Source of the DNA: Octopus bimaculoides
Lineage: Eukaryota
DNA: 64,000 bases
Reading direction: 5' to 3'
Assembly: GCF_001194135.2 (NCBI RefSeq)
Contig: NC_068992.1
Coordinates: forward strand, 19,031,182 to 19,095,181
Shown here: piece after piece, positions 39,201-51,984 of the stretch
Layout: each line of letters starts with the position of its first letter
How positions within the stretch are numbered: the first letter of the stretch is position 1
Program-made: the position numbers and the translations under genes
Notes under the pieces: model-generated
Told to the model about the DNA's origin: nothing
The model's database searches: none
What the model saw: only the letters and a program-made list of their open reading frames with translations

Positions 39201-41387
39201 CACTGCCTTAGATTTCAGACAAATGTAAAACATGTAGGATGTTGGTATAAATTTTCATTAAAAGAAATGAAAATACTTAAGCAAGATATTCTCATTTTAA
39301 CGATAGTAAATATATTGCTACAAGTTAGCGATCAAGTGATCATTTGCAGAGAGTAAAAACTGAGAGAGAGAGAGAGAGGGGGGTGAGGGAAGGAGAGAGG
39401 AAGATCATTAAGCTGAAGATTGGAATTCTCTAGTTCCGGCTTTGGGTATATTGATGAGCTGTTTTCCTTGAAATTAATACTACTTTGCATCATTTAGATC
39501 TGTGATAGGAGGAAATATTTTGGCGTCACATCCATATATATATTAACATATAATGAACATTATAATCAACATTATCATAATATGCAGCGCATAACTTTGT
39601 ATAATTACTATTAATTAGTTCTGTATATGTGCTTTTCTTCCATTTTGAATAGGTCACTGGTTTTATAGACGAAAACATTACTTTTAGATTTTCGTTAATT
39701 CCTTGAGTAAGAAGTAAGATTATATTAAAATGAAGTGTATGTAAACATACACTTCATTAATTAATGAGAGTAAACTCGTATTAACAATATATAAAACGGT
39801 TTTAAGAGAATTTTAATATTATATTTTTCATTCAAAAACAGAAGATAATATCGGTTTCGTTTTGGACTCATTGTTAATTTTTTTCCTATTTCAGAGACAT
39901 AGTAGCCGATGGAGAGGTTTCCAGCAGTTTCCAACAGGTTGTTTCAAAGATGAGAAGTTGCTGATGTCAAAACATCCTTCACTTTCGTCTTAGAAAATGC
40001 TGCGAGACATTGAGTAGCCTGCTGGTCGTACTTTAAGAACACATGCACAAGACAGCATATATTTTAAAGAAAATAAATTCACGCAACAATATTTTATAGG
40101 CTGTCTTTTCCTTTAATCTATCATTATTCTAATGTGTCTAATCCCTTGTATATCAAGGTATGTATCTGAACTGTACACTCTCACAAGAAGTACCTGTGTT
40201 TGTTCAATTTGCGTCGAACAATGTGTCGAAAAAACAAATCTTTTACTAAACTCTGAGACTTCCTCCATCTCACCGCAACTAATCTCCTTGATCGCTCTCC
40301 TCGTTGTTTTGTTATTACAAATATCAATAGGTAGAAGTTAAAATAAGCATCGAAAACGTGTAACTGACAAGCCAAGCATTGGTGAAAAACGTCTGTGTAA
40401 ATAAATTTCACATCTCACAGTAAATAAAAAAAAAAAGAGAAAGCAAAATAAAATAGACAGAAAATATGTATTCTTAAATGACGCTTAAATTTTAAGTGCT
40501 CAAATATAGAAGTGTATATATATGAAAATTTTAAAGCATGTGTGTTTAACTTTCTGTGTGACTGCGTGCGTACGCGTTAATTCTGCTATGACTGAAGGTA
40601 CGTAATATATATATACTTTTGGCAATATATGTATGAATGCGAATTGCGTACAATTTTGAGTTAGTTATACTATATAGCTGAGAATATAAGCTGGATTGTA
40701 TATATGCGTGCATAGATCCGTGTGTGAACATGTTTCTTTATGTTAGATTGAGATTTTGTCTAGCCATTTGAATATACTTTATAGAGTATAGCGGAAATTG
40801 TATAAGCTCACGCATATGTGTATGTTTCTGTGTTAGTTTTTCGATAAATACTAATAAAATTTGTTTGGTTTCTTTTTACCTGTACGTTTATGAAAATACG
40901 TCTTATTTTTTTTTCTTTGTACCTTTGAACTTCAATATCAATAACCTTTTAAAGTTAGAATATTTTCAAGAATGTTATCTAAAAGACTATATATGGTTTG
41001 ATATATCTCACATAGTAATATAGCTGGCGGACTGTTCAATGACACACCATATTTACAAAAAAACAAAACAAACAAGAAAACAACAACAAAAAAGCGAGTG
41101 TACAATGAAAAACATATCCATAAACAACTATAATTAGTTATGCTGTTGCACATGAAAACACTGTAGAACGTTTAGAGTTTAAAAAAATGATATTTTGAAA
41201 AATATATAACTAAACAAAACTTACATTTAAATACTGGATAATTCAAAGTCATGTTGAAATTGTCTGTATCTGTACGATAACATATGTATATATGATATAC
41301 ATATGCATATATACGCACCTTCATCAGCACACATAAACACACACACACACACACACATAAACACATAAACACACACACACACACACA

Positions 41388-41432
<45 letters not shown>

Positions 41433-41442
41433 NNNNNNNNNN

Positions 41443-41483
<41 letters not shown>

Positions 41484-41789
41484 CACAGTATATATGCCTA
41501 CATATACATACATATATAAAAACCCATCAACAACAAACGTGCAAGAATAGAGAATCTCAAATCTGTATCAAACGTGTTTCGCTGCAGTTTACACGAGTTT
41601 GGTTTCGATCAGTAACTGATGTAGTATCTGCAGGTATAAATAAAATGAAAACAAAAAAAAAATGATACTGCTATTTGAACATCATTGAAGCGCAATTGAA
41701 AATAGCAACTTTTAACCCAATGCGATTTCCGTTTTCCAATCATGAACGATATTGCAAGAGATAATTCCATTACATCGACTGTAGTACTC

Positions 41790-41920
41790 AACTGGTACTT
41801 ATTTTATCGACCTCAAGAGGTTGAAAAACAAACTCAACCTCGGCGGATTTTGAATTCAGAACGCAAAGATGGACGAAATGCCGCTAAGCCAGCTACCGAT
41901 TCTGCCAGCTTGTCGCCATA
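41790..41920 (-). mobile_element. Family-B SINE
   Basis: actggtacttattttatcgacc...cggcggatttgaattcagaac...ctgccagct. Confidence 0.8.
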
Positions 41921-42649
41921 ATCATGTCTGATATTGATAACGAAAACAATGATATCGATAACAGCACTACTACCACCAGCCACAACAGTATCACCAAATA
42001 TGCGAGCTACTTGAGAGGATGTATTATTCCATATTTCCCCTGGTGTTTGCATTTAAATCAAGATCTACTTCAGAACTAAGGAATAACATTGTGAAGATCC
42101 CTCTATCGCCTATAAAAAGCAGTTGAAAATCTACTGGGGAAAAAAGCTCACCCAAACTTAAATCAATTCATGGTTAAACACATTCGTCAGCAGAAATATT
42201 TCTTTGCACGTGAAATGGATCTCACAGATAATAATTGTTATTCAAACTCCTTCGATAATAGACGAATATCTAAAAACATTCCAAAAAAGTGAAAACCGCC
42301 ACAGAAGAGACATAAAACTGTAAACATATCATCGCCACCGTCGCTACTATTACGCATCTCTCACATCTTCACTTTAAACTAATCCAGCAGAGACGATTGT
42401 TAAATATACAGAAATTAAAAAAATATATTCTAAAATTAAACTTGAAAATAATTTTTCCAACTTCCTTAAGATTTTATTGAATAACAAGTCTTCACAAAAT
42501 TATGGTGGAGGCGGGGAACCCTGTTATTTTAAAATTTATTGAAAATGTTTCAGAAGACTTCTGAAAAATAGGCGACAACACGTATAAGAATACCAGTACC
42601 TGCTTGTTTGCAGCTGCTGCCATTATGAAAATTGGGAAAGAGCACAGGT

Positions 42650-43250
42650 GACACCTGTAGTGCACGCAGTAATGAAATAACTGAAAATAAACCTACCCAA
42701 AGGATAATTAAACTGAAGAAAATATCTGCGCCGCAGAATCGGATATTCAAACGCCATCTGCAAGTATAAGCGAAGGAATAAGCTCACAGTACACCAAATC
42801 GAACGTAAAATACTAGGAAAATATATGGAGAATTCAAAAAGGTGAGTGAAAACCGACCATCGTTATCGGAAAATATACCATAAAGAGACGGTATTGACAG
42901 CAATTTTTCATCCGATACGCAAGCTCTTTCCCAAGGCATAACGAAAAACACATTTTAAAGCATTTTGACCTGAGCTCTGGAATGGAAAGAAAGATTTTTA
43001 TCAGAATGCATTATGGCTAGTTATAATCGGGAAACGAAAATCGATACACAAGATCAGCATTCAAATTGTCACCAAAACTGGGAACGCAGCATAATGGGAG
43101 ATAATCAAGAAAAAAATTTGTTAGTTGAATATCGGTACAAGATGCTGATATTTTATATGAAGTCACTAATATGTATAATTAAAAGAAATATGGTAAACCA
43201 CATTGACAAACAAACTTGCCATAGAATGGAAAAATGTTGTAACCAAGAAT
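42650..43250 (+). mobile_element. Possible decayed RTE LINE C-terminal region
   Basis: QIERKILGKY resembles the RTE motif FERKILR.I; many stops. Confidence 0.25.
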
Positions 43251-45164
43251 GAAAACACTGGCTAATGTATCCAAACTTTGCTAATGTAGCCAAACTTTGC
43301 TAATGTATCATGTAATTTTCTCCAAGTCCATTCTGAGTTCAACATTTTGATTATGCACGAGTAGGAAAACAACGCAGAATACTTATGGGAGTATACGGTA
43401 CTATGAAATCTTGAGATAACATGATTACATTACAGAAATGCATTCGATTTAGTTTTCTGCCCATATTTGCTGGAGTAAGACATTACTCTTGATTGCCTGA
43501 GTTACTGTCTTGAAAGTTTCGCGGAGACTGGGGCAAGAAACTATAAACTTGTAAAAGAAAGCAGAACTATTTTGTGATAAAGTAAAAACTAATATTCCAA
43601 GGAGACTGTTTGCGAGCATCTAATTATTTCAAAACTAAATTCACTCTAATTTCTGTTTCTCAGAGAGCTGATGGTTATGGTTACCAAATTAGAAGTGAAC
43701 AATATTAAAAAAAAAAAAATCCTAACGTTGTTCTTTCCTATGTTTCTATACATTTCACATTTAAATCTGTTTCATATTTGTAAGTAACATCTATGTGCTA
43801 AATACAATGATAAATCAGCTTTGTTATTTAATGCTTTTGGGATGTCGACATAGCGTTTCCTATATTTGAATGTCATGTTTATTTCACATAAGTTTTTATT
43901 CTTCAGATTATACAGTTATTTGCAGAATTCATGGTCCATACACGTTCCCTTAACCTTTTAGAATTAATGTTGGCGTTTTGTTTTTCTCTCTTTGCATTCC
44001 AGGTTCACTGCATAATTTTAGAACAGCTTCAAGAGGGACAATCTGAGTACACTCTTATAATGAAATAACCAGTATGTACCTTTATTATATCCCAAACTTT
44101 TCTAATCCAAAGAAGTCTAACAATTTTTCTCCATAAATTCGTGAAGTCAAATTCCCTCAGATGATATGTAAGTCTTGACGTTTTGAAACTGTTTTCTTGT
44201 GTGACTGCAGACGATTCCTCACAGGTGTCAGCATTTGAATCTGAAAATGATGCAGGTATGGTGTCTTTCCAAAGGGACAAAGGTGCCACAATACCTTCTC
44301 TAAGTTTTGGAATAAAACAAAGTGAAACTGTTGAAGAAAGGTCCACACCTAGAATCTGAACACTTGCCATTCACAAAAGCAACAACTATTGCTATATGCA
44401 TTAAATACTTGACTGCTGTTAGCAGGCTTTAGTGTACTAAATGCACTAGAGTAGTGTATTAGAGTATTGTTGTTAGCAGGATTTAGTAAGAGTTGATGCC
44501 ACTATACTAAACTCAAAACAAATCAGTTTTCATTTCATTGCGAATATTAATATTTATCTATATTTACTGTTGATATGTGTGTGTGAATATAAACCATCAT
44601 GCGTGTGCATCATATTATTTTGTAATACATTAGAATCCGTAGAAATTGTTTTCTGTCAGTAAAACAATTATAATACGCTCTATGAACCTTGTACAGACCA
44701 GTGACAAGAACGCTGGATTTCTGAAACGCATATTATTATATATTGATCTATAGTTATAAAAAAAATAATATATTATGTCAGAAGCCATAAATTTTTAATT
44801 AAATTTCCATCATTTTTTACCTGTAAACTACGAAACCTAATGCAATTTTCCAGTCTTTGCACTGATAATCTGCATAATACAAAAACAATTCCTCTGAATC
44901 TATGTGTGTGTATGTGTGTGTGCGTGTTTTCCTTGCATGTAAGTATTGAAGAAAAATAATGTCTCCCTTGCATAAGATGAAGGATCCAATTTCATTTCTC
45001 TAAACGTTATCACCACTAAAGCTACAATCACTTGCTCTTAGAAGATTATAGGGCTTTCTGTTAGATTTGAATAATGTATTAATTCATTTTAAAATGATAT
45101 ACACATTAAAATGTCATTTGCATAAGTTTCTTCCTTTAGTAACATTTGATGACTTCCCTATCAG

Positions 45165-45265
45165 ATTCGACTTCGGCGGAATTTGAACTCAGAGTGTAAA
45201 GACGGGCGAAATGCCGTTAAGCATTTTGTCCAGCGCGCTAACGATTCAGCCAACTCGTCCCCTTA
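45165..45265 (-). mobile_element. Family-B SINE 5' part
   Basis: cggcggaatttgaactcagag...gcgctaacgattcagccaactcg. Confidence 0.8.
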
Positions 45266-47019
45266 ATGTTACTAGAACCTCCCCACCAGGATTTTGATAA
45301 GAAGATAAATGTGAAGTCGCACAATGCCAAGAGAACTTTCGCTTTTATTGCAGATAGTGTTCTATAATTCTATATGTATATTTTCCTGTGTGTAAAATGA
45401 AAGAGATTAAATATAGCTGGCTATTCATTTATTCGTCACTTCAAGTATCCCTTGAGAAACAAGTTATAAATGTGAAAAGGTAACAGAGAATACGTGTGAT
45501 ACATCAATCTATCAGTGTGATATTAAATATTTTCGAATAGTCAGATCACTTTCAAAAATATACAACTAATGATTCACTTTCGTCACGCACTGATAACATA
45601 TATGGCGGTATATGCTAAAAGTGATTTCGCCGGTGTGCAGATCTATGATGGAAGATGTTTTGTCTCGTCTTTTTTTATATTTCGAGCTACATTTTCCAGC
45701 GTATACTTTGGTTTATATATTTCTTCTCTTACGAAGACGGTAGAATTTGATTTTTTAACAATTGGGTGTTATATCTAGCAGGTCACGAAGAATTTCTTGA
45801 ACCATACTGGAACACAGCAAGAAAGACTACGTAGTGCAGTATAGTGCATTCGAACGAACCTTTTCTCCTTTAATTTTTTAGTTCAATTTAGAGCTATATT
45901 GTCTAAACGCCATGCTGAAACAGTCTACATAATTGAATTTCTATAGCTTTTCTCTCGTACCTGTTATGTCCGGAGTTAGTGTTTATGTGAGATTTTAAGT
46001 AATATCTGTCTCAAAATTCTAACGAAGATCTCGCGATATAACAGCGTTGAATTTATACCTGAATTCCTAGAGTCTTGAATGGATGGAGTACGCAACTAGT
46101 AAGCTGAGGAGCGAAGGCTATTGTAGTAATGGTACAAGATAGATCAAGGACACAGCACATCTAAGAACTTAGGCCGCAATATGTTTGCGAATGATGTTAC
46201 CAATACGTAGGGTGGGCTTTTTTTGAACGCAGCCTAAAGAGNNNNNNNNNNNNNNNNNNNNNNNNNNNNNNNNNNNNNNNNNNNNNNNNNNNNNNNNNNN
46301 NNNNNNNNNNNNNNNNNNNNNNNNNNNNNNNNNNNNNNNNNNNNNNNNNNNNNNNNNNNNNNNNNNNNNNNNNNNNNNNNNNNNNNNNNNNNNNNNNNNN
46401 NNNNNNNNNNNNNNNNNNNNNNNNNNNNNNNNNNNNNNNNNNNNNNNNNNNNNNNNNNNNNNNNNNNNNNNNNNNNNNNNNNNNNNNNNNNNNNNNNNNN
46501 NNNNNNNNNNNNNNNNNNNNNNNNNNNNNNNNNNNNNNNNNNNNNNNNNNNNNNNNNNNNNNNNNNNNNNNNNNNNNNNNNNNNNNNNNNNNNNNNNNNN
46601 NNNNNNNNNNNNNNNNNNNNNNNNNNNNNNNNNNNNNNNNNNNNNNNNNNNNNNNNNNNNNNNNNNNNNNNNNNNNNNNNNNNNNNNNNNNNNNNNNNNN
46701 NNNNNNNNNNNNNNNNNNNNNNNNNNNNNNNNNNNNNNNNNNNNNNNNNNNNNNNNNNNNNNNNNNNNNNNNNNNNNNNNNNNNNNNNNNNNAAAAAAAA
46801 AAAAAAAAAAAAAAAAAAAAGGAAATTTTCAAATTCGCAGTCAAGAAAACACATGCTTCATACAAAAACTTTAAACAAAAAGGTAACGTGAAATACTGGT
46901 AAGTGATAAATTATATATTTCAGTATATCACATTTACTATATTTTTTATTTCGAAAGACAATCCAAATATTATATATTATCAGAAGGCTTCAGTTGTCAT
47001 ACAACTTTTTTTTCTGTTC

Positions 47020-47345
47020 CGCTAGGCATAGTTGTGTGACATTAAGCCCGTTTCTCAGCCACACGATTTCAGGTTTAATCATACTGTGTGGCACATTGGG
47101 CAAGTGTCAACTATTGCCTCTGATCGACCAACGCCTTTTGAGTGGATTTGGTAAATGGAAACTGAAAGAATCTCGTGTGTCTTAACACGGCTTTATTATC
47201 GGTATTGGTACATTTACGTCTCTGAAACTTAGCATTTCGGCAAAAGAAAACGACAGAAGTATCTGGTTTTAAAAAGTACTGGGGTCGATTCGTTCGACTG
47301 AAAAGACATGGCAGTGGTCCGACTGAAAAAAGAAATAAACACGCT
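47020..47345 (+). mobile_element. Degenerate family-A SINE
   Basis: tgtggcacattgggcaagtgtc...gagtggatttggt...ggggtcgattcgttcgact. Confidence 0.7.
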
Positions 47346-49071
47346 GTTTTCCATCGTATGGTGCATTTTATTTTCTTATCGAATGTTTTACCTTCGGATT
47401 TATGCATTTCATTTAACTTCAAGTTTATTACATAGTAAATATTTAATATCTCGAATGTAGCTGAAGAAGTATTAAAGTTTTGCGTTTAAGCTCGCATTTA
47501 TGTGCATGAATTGGCAGAATATTTAGAGCCTTACAAAAATAACTTACTGTGTCCTAATTTCGCCTACAACAGACGTGATATACAGTCCAACCTTCATCAG
47601 GCGTCTTGGGGAAATTTCGAAACTGTTTTTTCATCTAAACGTGACTGGTTTCGCATCAGCCTCTGTGTCACAAATACCACCTTTCAATAAACGAAGTAAA
47701 GACGGTTTTTGATGGACTAGAGTAGTGAGAAATGCTAAATAAATGTGTGCAGTTTTTCAACAACATTCAGATCTCAAAATATTTTTATTAATGGGTTATT
47801 TGTTTTGACATCCTTGTCAATCTAGACAGGGATATATCAGAGTATTCTCAGTTAAACATAAAGAGCCTATTGCATTACTACATCATTTACATAGATGCGT
47901 GGAACAACTGCTTAAATGTATTTGTTGTTGACTGCCTTTATATAGTTCGGTTGTGTATGTCTGGAAGCGGTGAAATAAGTAATAGTTAAATACTAAAGAC
48001 AACCAAAATTAGTGTTACTGTACAGATGTTGAAAATTATTTTTAGCGGGTGTCACATTAACAATATTAATGTTACGCCCGTAGTATATAGAGCAGTTGTA
48101 AGTTAACCTAAATGATAGAGCTCCCCCAAGAGACATTCTGAAAACATAAAAAAAAATGCTAATATGAAGATACATAAACATTTCAAATGGATGGGTATAT
48201 TAAATATGTAACGGCCAGTAAAATATAAAACAAAAAAACAAATGAAATAAGTGTTGTATTTTGCTTTTACACACACAAAAGAAAAAAAAAGAAGGCTCAC
48301 TTCCCAAATATGCCACTCTGCTGCTAAATAATAAAGACATCTGAAATGTAAGTAACGGCCATTTGGGGAACTGGGGACCTATTAAGCTCTTCTCAATATA
48401 TTTTTAGTGTTTGTTGCTGCTTTGTTTTGTTTCAACTTTTTCGATACAGTGTTCACAAGTGAAAAAACGAAGACAGAGGAGATGAGGAAAGTGAAAAAGA
48501 GAAGGATAATGTATGTGAGAATGAAGGAGTGAGGTGGTATAATTCGCTATCTTTTGGTTTAAATCTAACATTTATTTCGTCTGTGACAGTATGGGAAGTC
48601 AGCTCTATGACTTAATGTATTAGTGGTGCAAACGAAATAAAAGTCTGGAAAGTGAATTGAAATGTGATGCGTAATCGGCTAAAATCACAACTTGTACGCA
48701 AATAAAATTAGTTTGAAGCAACCTGGAAGCAAATTGGAAAAAGTACAGCATCTTAGCCACTAATTCATTTGTACTTATTTCTAATAGCTTCAATTGAATA
48801 TGAAAGGAAATTGACGCCTAGACGTTGTTTCAAAAAAAAAAAAAAAAAACGTTAAAAGCAGCGGAGTATCTTCAATTTGTGCAGAGTGTATTCTATTTTG
48901 ACGAATAGTACAAGTGAAAATTGACTAATTTAATAAAAAATATAAATCTAAAATATGGAATGTCACATTTATGAAGAAGTGGGGTTGGATGTGAGTTTCA
49001 ATTTTACGACTATAGAACAAGGGAAGAACACGCAGTTTTTGTTAACGAACTTAACCCACGTTACTCTATAT

Positions 49072-49290
49072 CAGCGGTTCTCGACAGGGGTTCATATCCG
49101 ATTTTTCGTTAAAATTTATGTGCAATAAATTGGATATAATTCTACAATATACAAAATATTTGAGCAATTTTAATTCCTAATATAAAAGAAACAAAAAAAA
49201 ATTTTTAAACATCGCATGACAACAGGGTTCCCCCGAGTAAAATAGCAACCAAAAATGTCTATGGGCACAAAGGGGTAACTTAAGTATCTT
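49072..49290. mobile_element. hAT-like MITE fragment (inverted relative to 5178-5533)
   Basis: cagcggttctcgacagggg terminus; gagtaaaatagcaacc. Confidence 0.5.
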
Positions 49291-50219
49291 GCTCTCTATT
49301 AAAGCCTAATAAGCAGAAATCAGAGTTTCAACTTCAAGATATTTGCTTAACTTACAATGCTGGATATATTTTGCACAAAAAATTTCAAGGAAAATAAAAT
49401 TAGTACAAAAAAGAAATTCAATGTATTAATTATATGTATATACAGGATACATTGTCTACTTCAGAGGAATTGATAGAGTTGATGCCATATGGATTTAAAT
49501 GCAGAATCCTAAGAAATATCTTAACAGATTAAGACATTAATACAGATCTCAGAGTATTCTCCAAGCTTTAGTAGGTCACACATTTTAGAAAACCTTAATG
49601 TAAATCAAGCATTTGACTGGTATTCTTTTTTTTTCATTCAATATCGTTCTGAGTTGAAAGTTATTCCGCCCTCACATCTCCAAAGTGACAACATCTCCAT
49701 ACCAACAACCAGGACCTTTAAAAAAAATTTATTGGGGTGTTTGTAAATTGCAGGCTGTTCGTGCATTATTGCAGGATAGTGATTAGCTGGTTCTAGCATA
49801 AATTCTAGTTTTGCCGATTTTATAGGACAATTTTCTTTTTCCTGTGGTAAAATTTGGGGAATTTATAATCTGAATCATTCAAACTTTTATTCGCGCCTGT
49901 CATTTTTCCCGCCAGAGTACATGTATGATGTAATTTGAAAGCAAATCTTTGGTCTGGGTCTTATCCGCCTCCCCCTTTGGTTTAAGTACAATCGGAATTC
50001 CAAAACCTACATTTTTGTGAGTGCAAAAGGGAAGCATTTCATTCAGCGGAATGTTGTGTGATTTTTTCTCGAGACTCCATGATTAGTCATATCGAACAAT
50101 TGCATTTTGTCTAACAAAATGTAGTTCACGTTTATGCTGAGATCACACCTGGCAGTCGAATATCTAAATAATCCACTGATACTGTTTCTTTTCTTTTTGT
50201 GCCTACTGTTCCATTGTAC

Positions 50220-50570
50220 TTGGCGCAACTACTGCAGAGTTCATTTACAATCGAATCGTTTATTAGAATAACGATTCCGTTGGTAATTTCTTGCTCCAGA
50301 CATGCAACTTAAAGTACCTTCAATTTCAAGCAAATTAAATTCCTTCACATTTTATGTTAGAAATCAACTCAGGTTTTTCTTGTTTTTTTTACTGGATTTC
50401 AAATAAAATGGCAGCTGAGAATCTACATGACTTTTCTCATATGAATGTTTCCTATCAACCCAAAGTCCGCCAATTTTTAGAAAGACTATAGTCGAAGTTC
50501 GTGTTATTGGGACTTTTTTGATTGACCATGGGATGGCAATATCGAAATTGGTTGTAGTTCGACCGCAATT
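50220..50570 (-). pseudogene. Possible heavily decayed insulin-like paralog
   Basis: Collinear weak motifs CGRTTTNF ... SKKNKK ... NGIV ... NELCSSC, in the same order and strand as the intact gene. Most cysteines are missing and frames are broken. Confidence 0.2.
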
Positions 50571-51036
50571 CATTAAGTAACTATTTGCAGGCATTGGTAT
50601 TCGCTCTTAATTTTGTCATACCAAAATACAATAAGAACAATCTTTAGTAAAATCATTTTTTCAAGAACAAGCATGAAGAAATTATTTTTGTGGATATATT
50701 TACTAATACTTCAGAAAATTTTATAGCCTTTTGGTGATACGTGAGTATCAAAAAAAATGGAGTAAAATATATCAAGAAAGAAATTAAAAGCATTTAACAG
50801 AAGTCTAAAATGTGGTTGAACATTAAAAGTGATGAATTGAAAAAATATAATCTCAGACTGAAGAAAATATGCTAATAAGCAATATTGATAGGATTATAAA
50901 AAATTTAAAATTCAATATTAAGTCTTTGATTAAACAAGAAAGTGGTTGTAAAAAAAAGAAAAGAAAAAAAAAAAAAGACATACAGGTCGTTCAGTCAGGC
51001 AGCTGTAAATGACCTAGATAATCCTTTGGGATTTGC

Positions 51037-51426
51037 TCAGCAGTATGCTAAGAGTTCATCTAAGCTACAAGTATGATGACAGCATTCACACACAATTCCA
51101 CACCAAAAGTTGCTTTTTCTTGTTAAGTGCGACTTTGCTTTCTTTTTACTGATAACAACTCCATTGAGTTTGCTGCGTTTAGGTTTCGGACAACGAGTTG
51201 TGTAAAATAAAATTTCGTCCATTTTACCATATTCTTCCCGGTTGCAGACAAGTCGCAAGAAGTTGGGCATTTTAGCGGCGCAGTAGCTACTTGACACAGA
51301 AGTTCTACTGATAGTTTCATCGTTACACCGATGTTCCAAACCCGCCTTCACCGTATAGCGACTAAGTGTGGTAACGAAAAGCAAGAAAACAATATTCCAT
51401 GTAAACATTTTGATAATCTTTTCCAT
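51037..51426 (-). CDS. Molluscan insulin-related peptide (insulin-like peptide) precursor, 129 aa, single coding exon
   Basis: Hydrophobic signal peptide (aa 1-28, predicted cleavage VKA|GL). B-chain C34-x14-C49-x11-C61. Basic C-peptide with KR, KKK and RK sites. A-chain GIVCECCHHTCSLDELLAYC matching C-x-CC-x3-C-x8-C, the pattern of molluscan insulins. Confidence 0.95.
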   Translation of the reverse strand: MEKIIKMFTWNIVFLLFVTTLSRYTVKAGLEHRCNDETISRTSVSSSYCAAKMPNFLRLVCNREEYGKMDEILFYTTRCPKPKRSKLNGVVISKKKAKSHLTRKSNFWCGIVCECCHHTCSLDELLAYC

Positions 51427-51464
51427 TTTTTTATGTTTTCACGAGTCTGAAGCCTCTTGGGTGT

Positions 51465-51490
51465 GTACTGCTTGACAGGAAGGTTAGAAT
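51465..51490 (-). promoter_or_regulatory. Candidate 3' splice site of a 5'-UTR intron of the insulin-like gene
   Basis: Minus strand reads ttCTAACcttcctgtcAAG/CAG, i.e. a branch-like CTAAC, a short pyrimidine tract and AG, 41-44 nt upstream of the ATG. Insulin-family genes commonly have a 5'-UTR intron. Confidence 0.4.
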
Positions 51491-51984
51491 TGATTTTAAA
51501 ACCAGCGTGTCAAAGAATATATTTAATTAACCACCCACGTAAAAGTTTCGCTCTTCCTTTCGCTGCTGCTGCTGCTGCTGTTTGAAATATATTTGTCGGG
51601 ACAAATATCGTAGCTTCTAATTCTGCTGAGAAAACCGGATGTTGTTATAGAATCACCTGGGTTGCCCATACAGAAGTTATCTTAATATTAGTAGCTTTTC
51701 CAACCGTGACTAAAAGAAAGAAGAAAAAAAACAACTTTTTTCGACTACATTCAATGTTTAGTATATCTGTTTATTTTGGCCCTTCGTTGGCCAGCGGGGT
51801 TCCTTGGGACACCATCAAATTTTAAAAGTAAGGCAACTTGTATATTTTTTAAAAATTTAAATCATTTTATATCTCATGACTTTTATTGTCAATAGTTTAT
51901 GTATGTACACAGACATTTTGAGTTAGGATTTTCCAGTCATATGGATGTTATAGCATATAATATAGTAATTGAGGTCCAACTGGA

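Noticed and set aside
40130-40340. Minus-strand frame ICNNKTTRRAIKEISCG...HC resembling an insulin B-chain start
   Set aside because: Cys spacing is wrong (18 residues after the second Cys instead of 11); there is no in-frame start or signal peptide and no A-chain nearby.
39880-44075. Strong-looking plus-strand acceptors (about 39895, 43905 and 44002; also 13112)
   Set aside because: Downstream frames close quickly and no coherent gene model could be built; non-coding exons cannot be excluded.
44029-44370. 113-aa minus-strand ORF
   Set aside because: No family recognised and no convincing splice context; could be chance or a decayed element.
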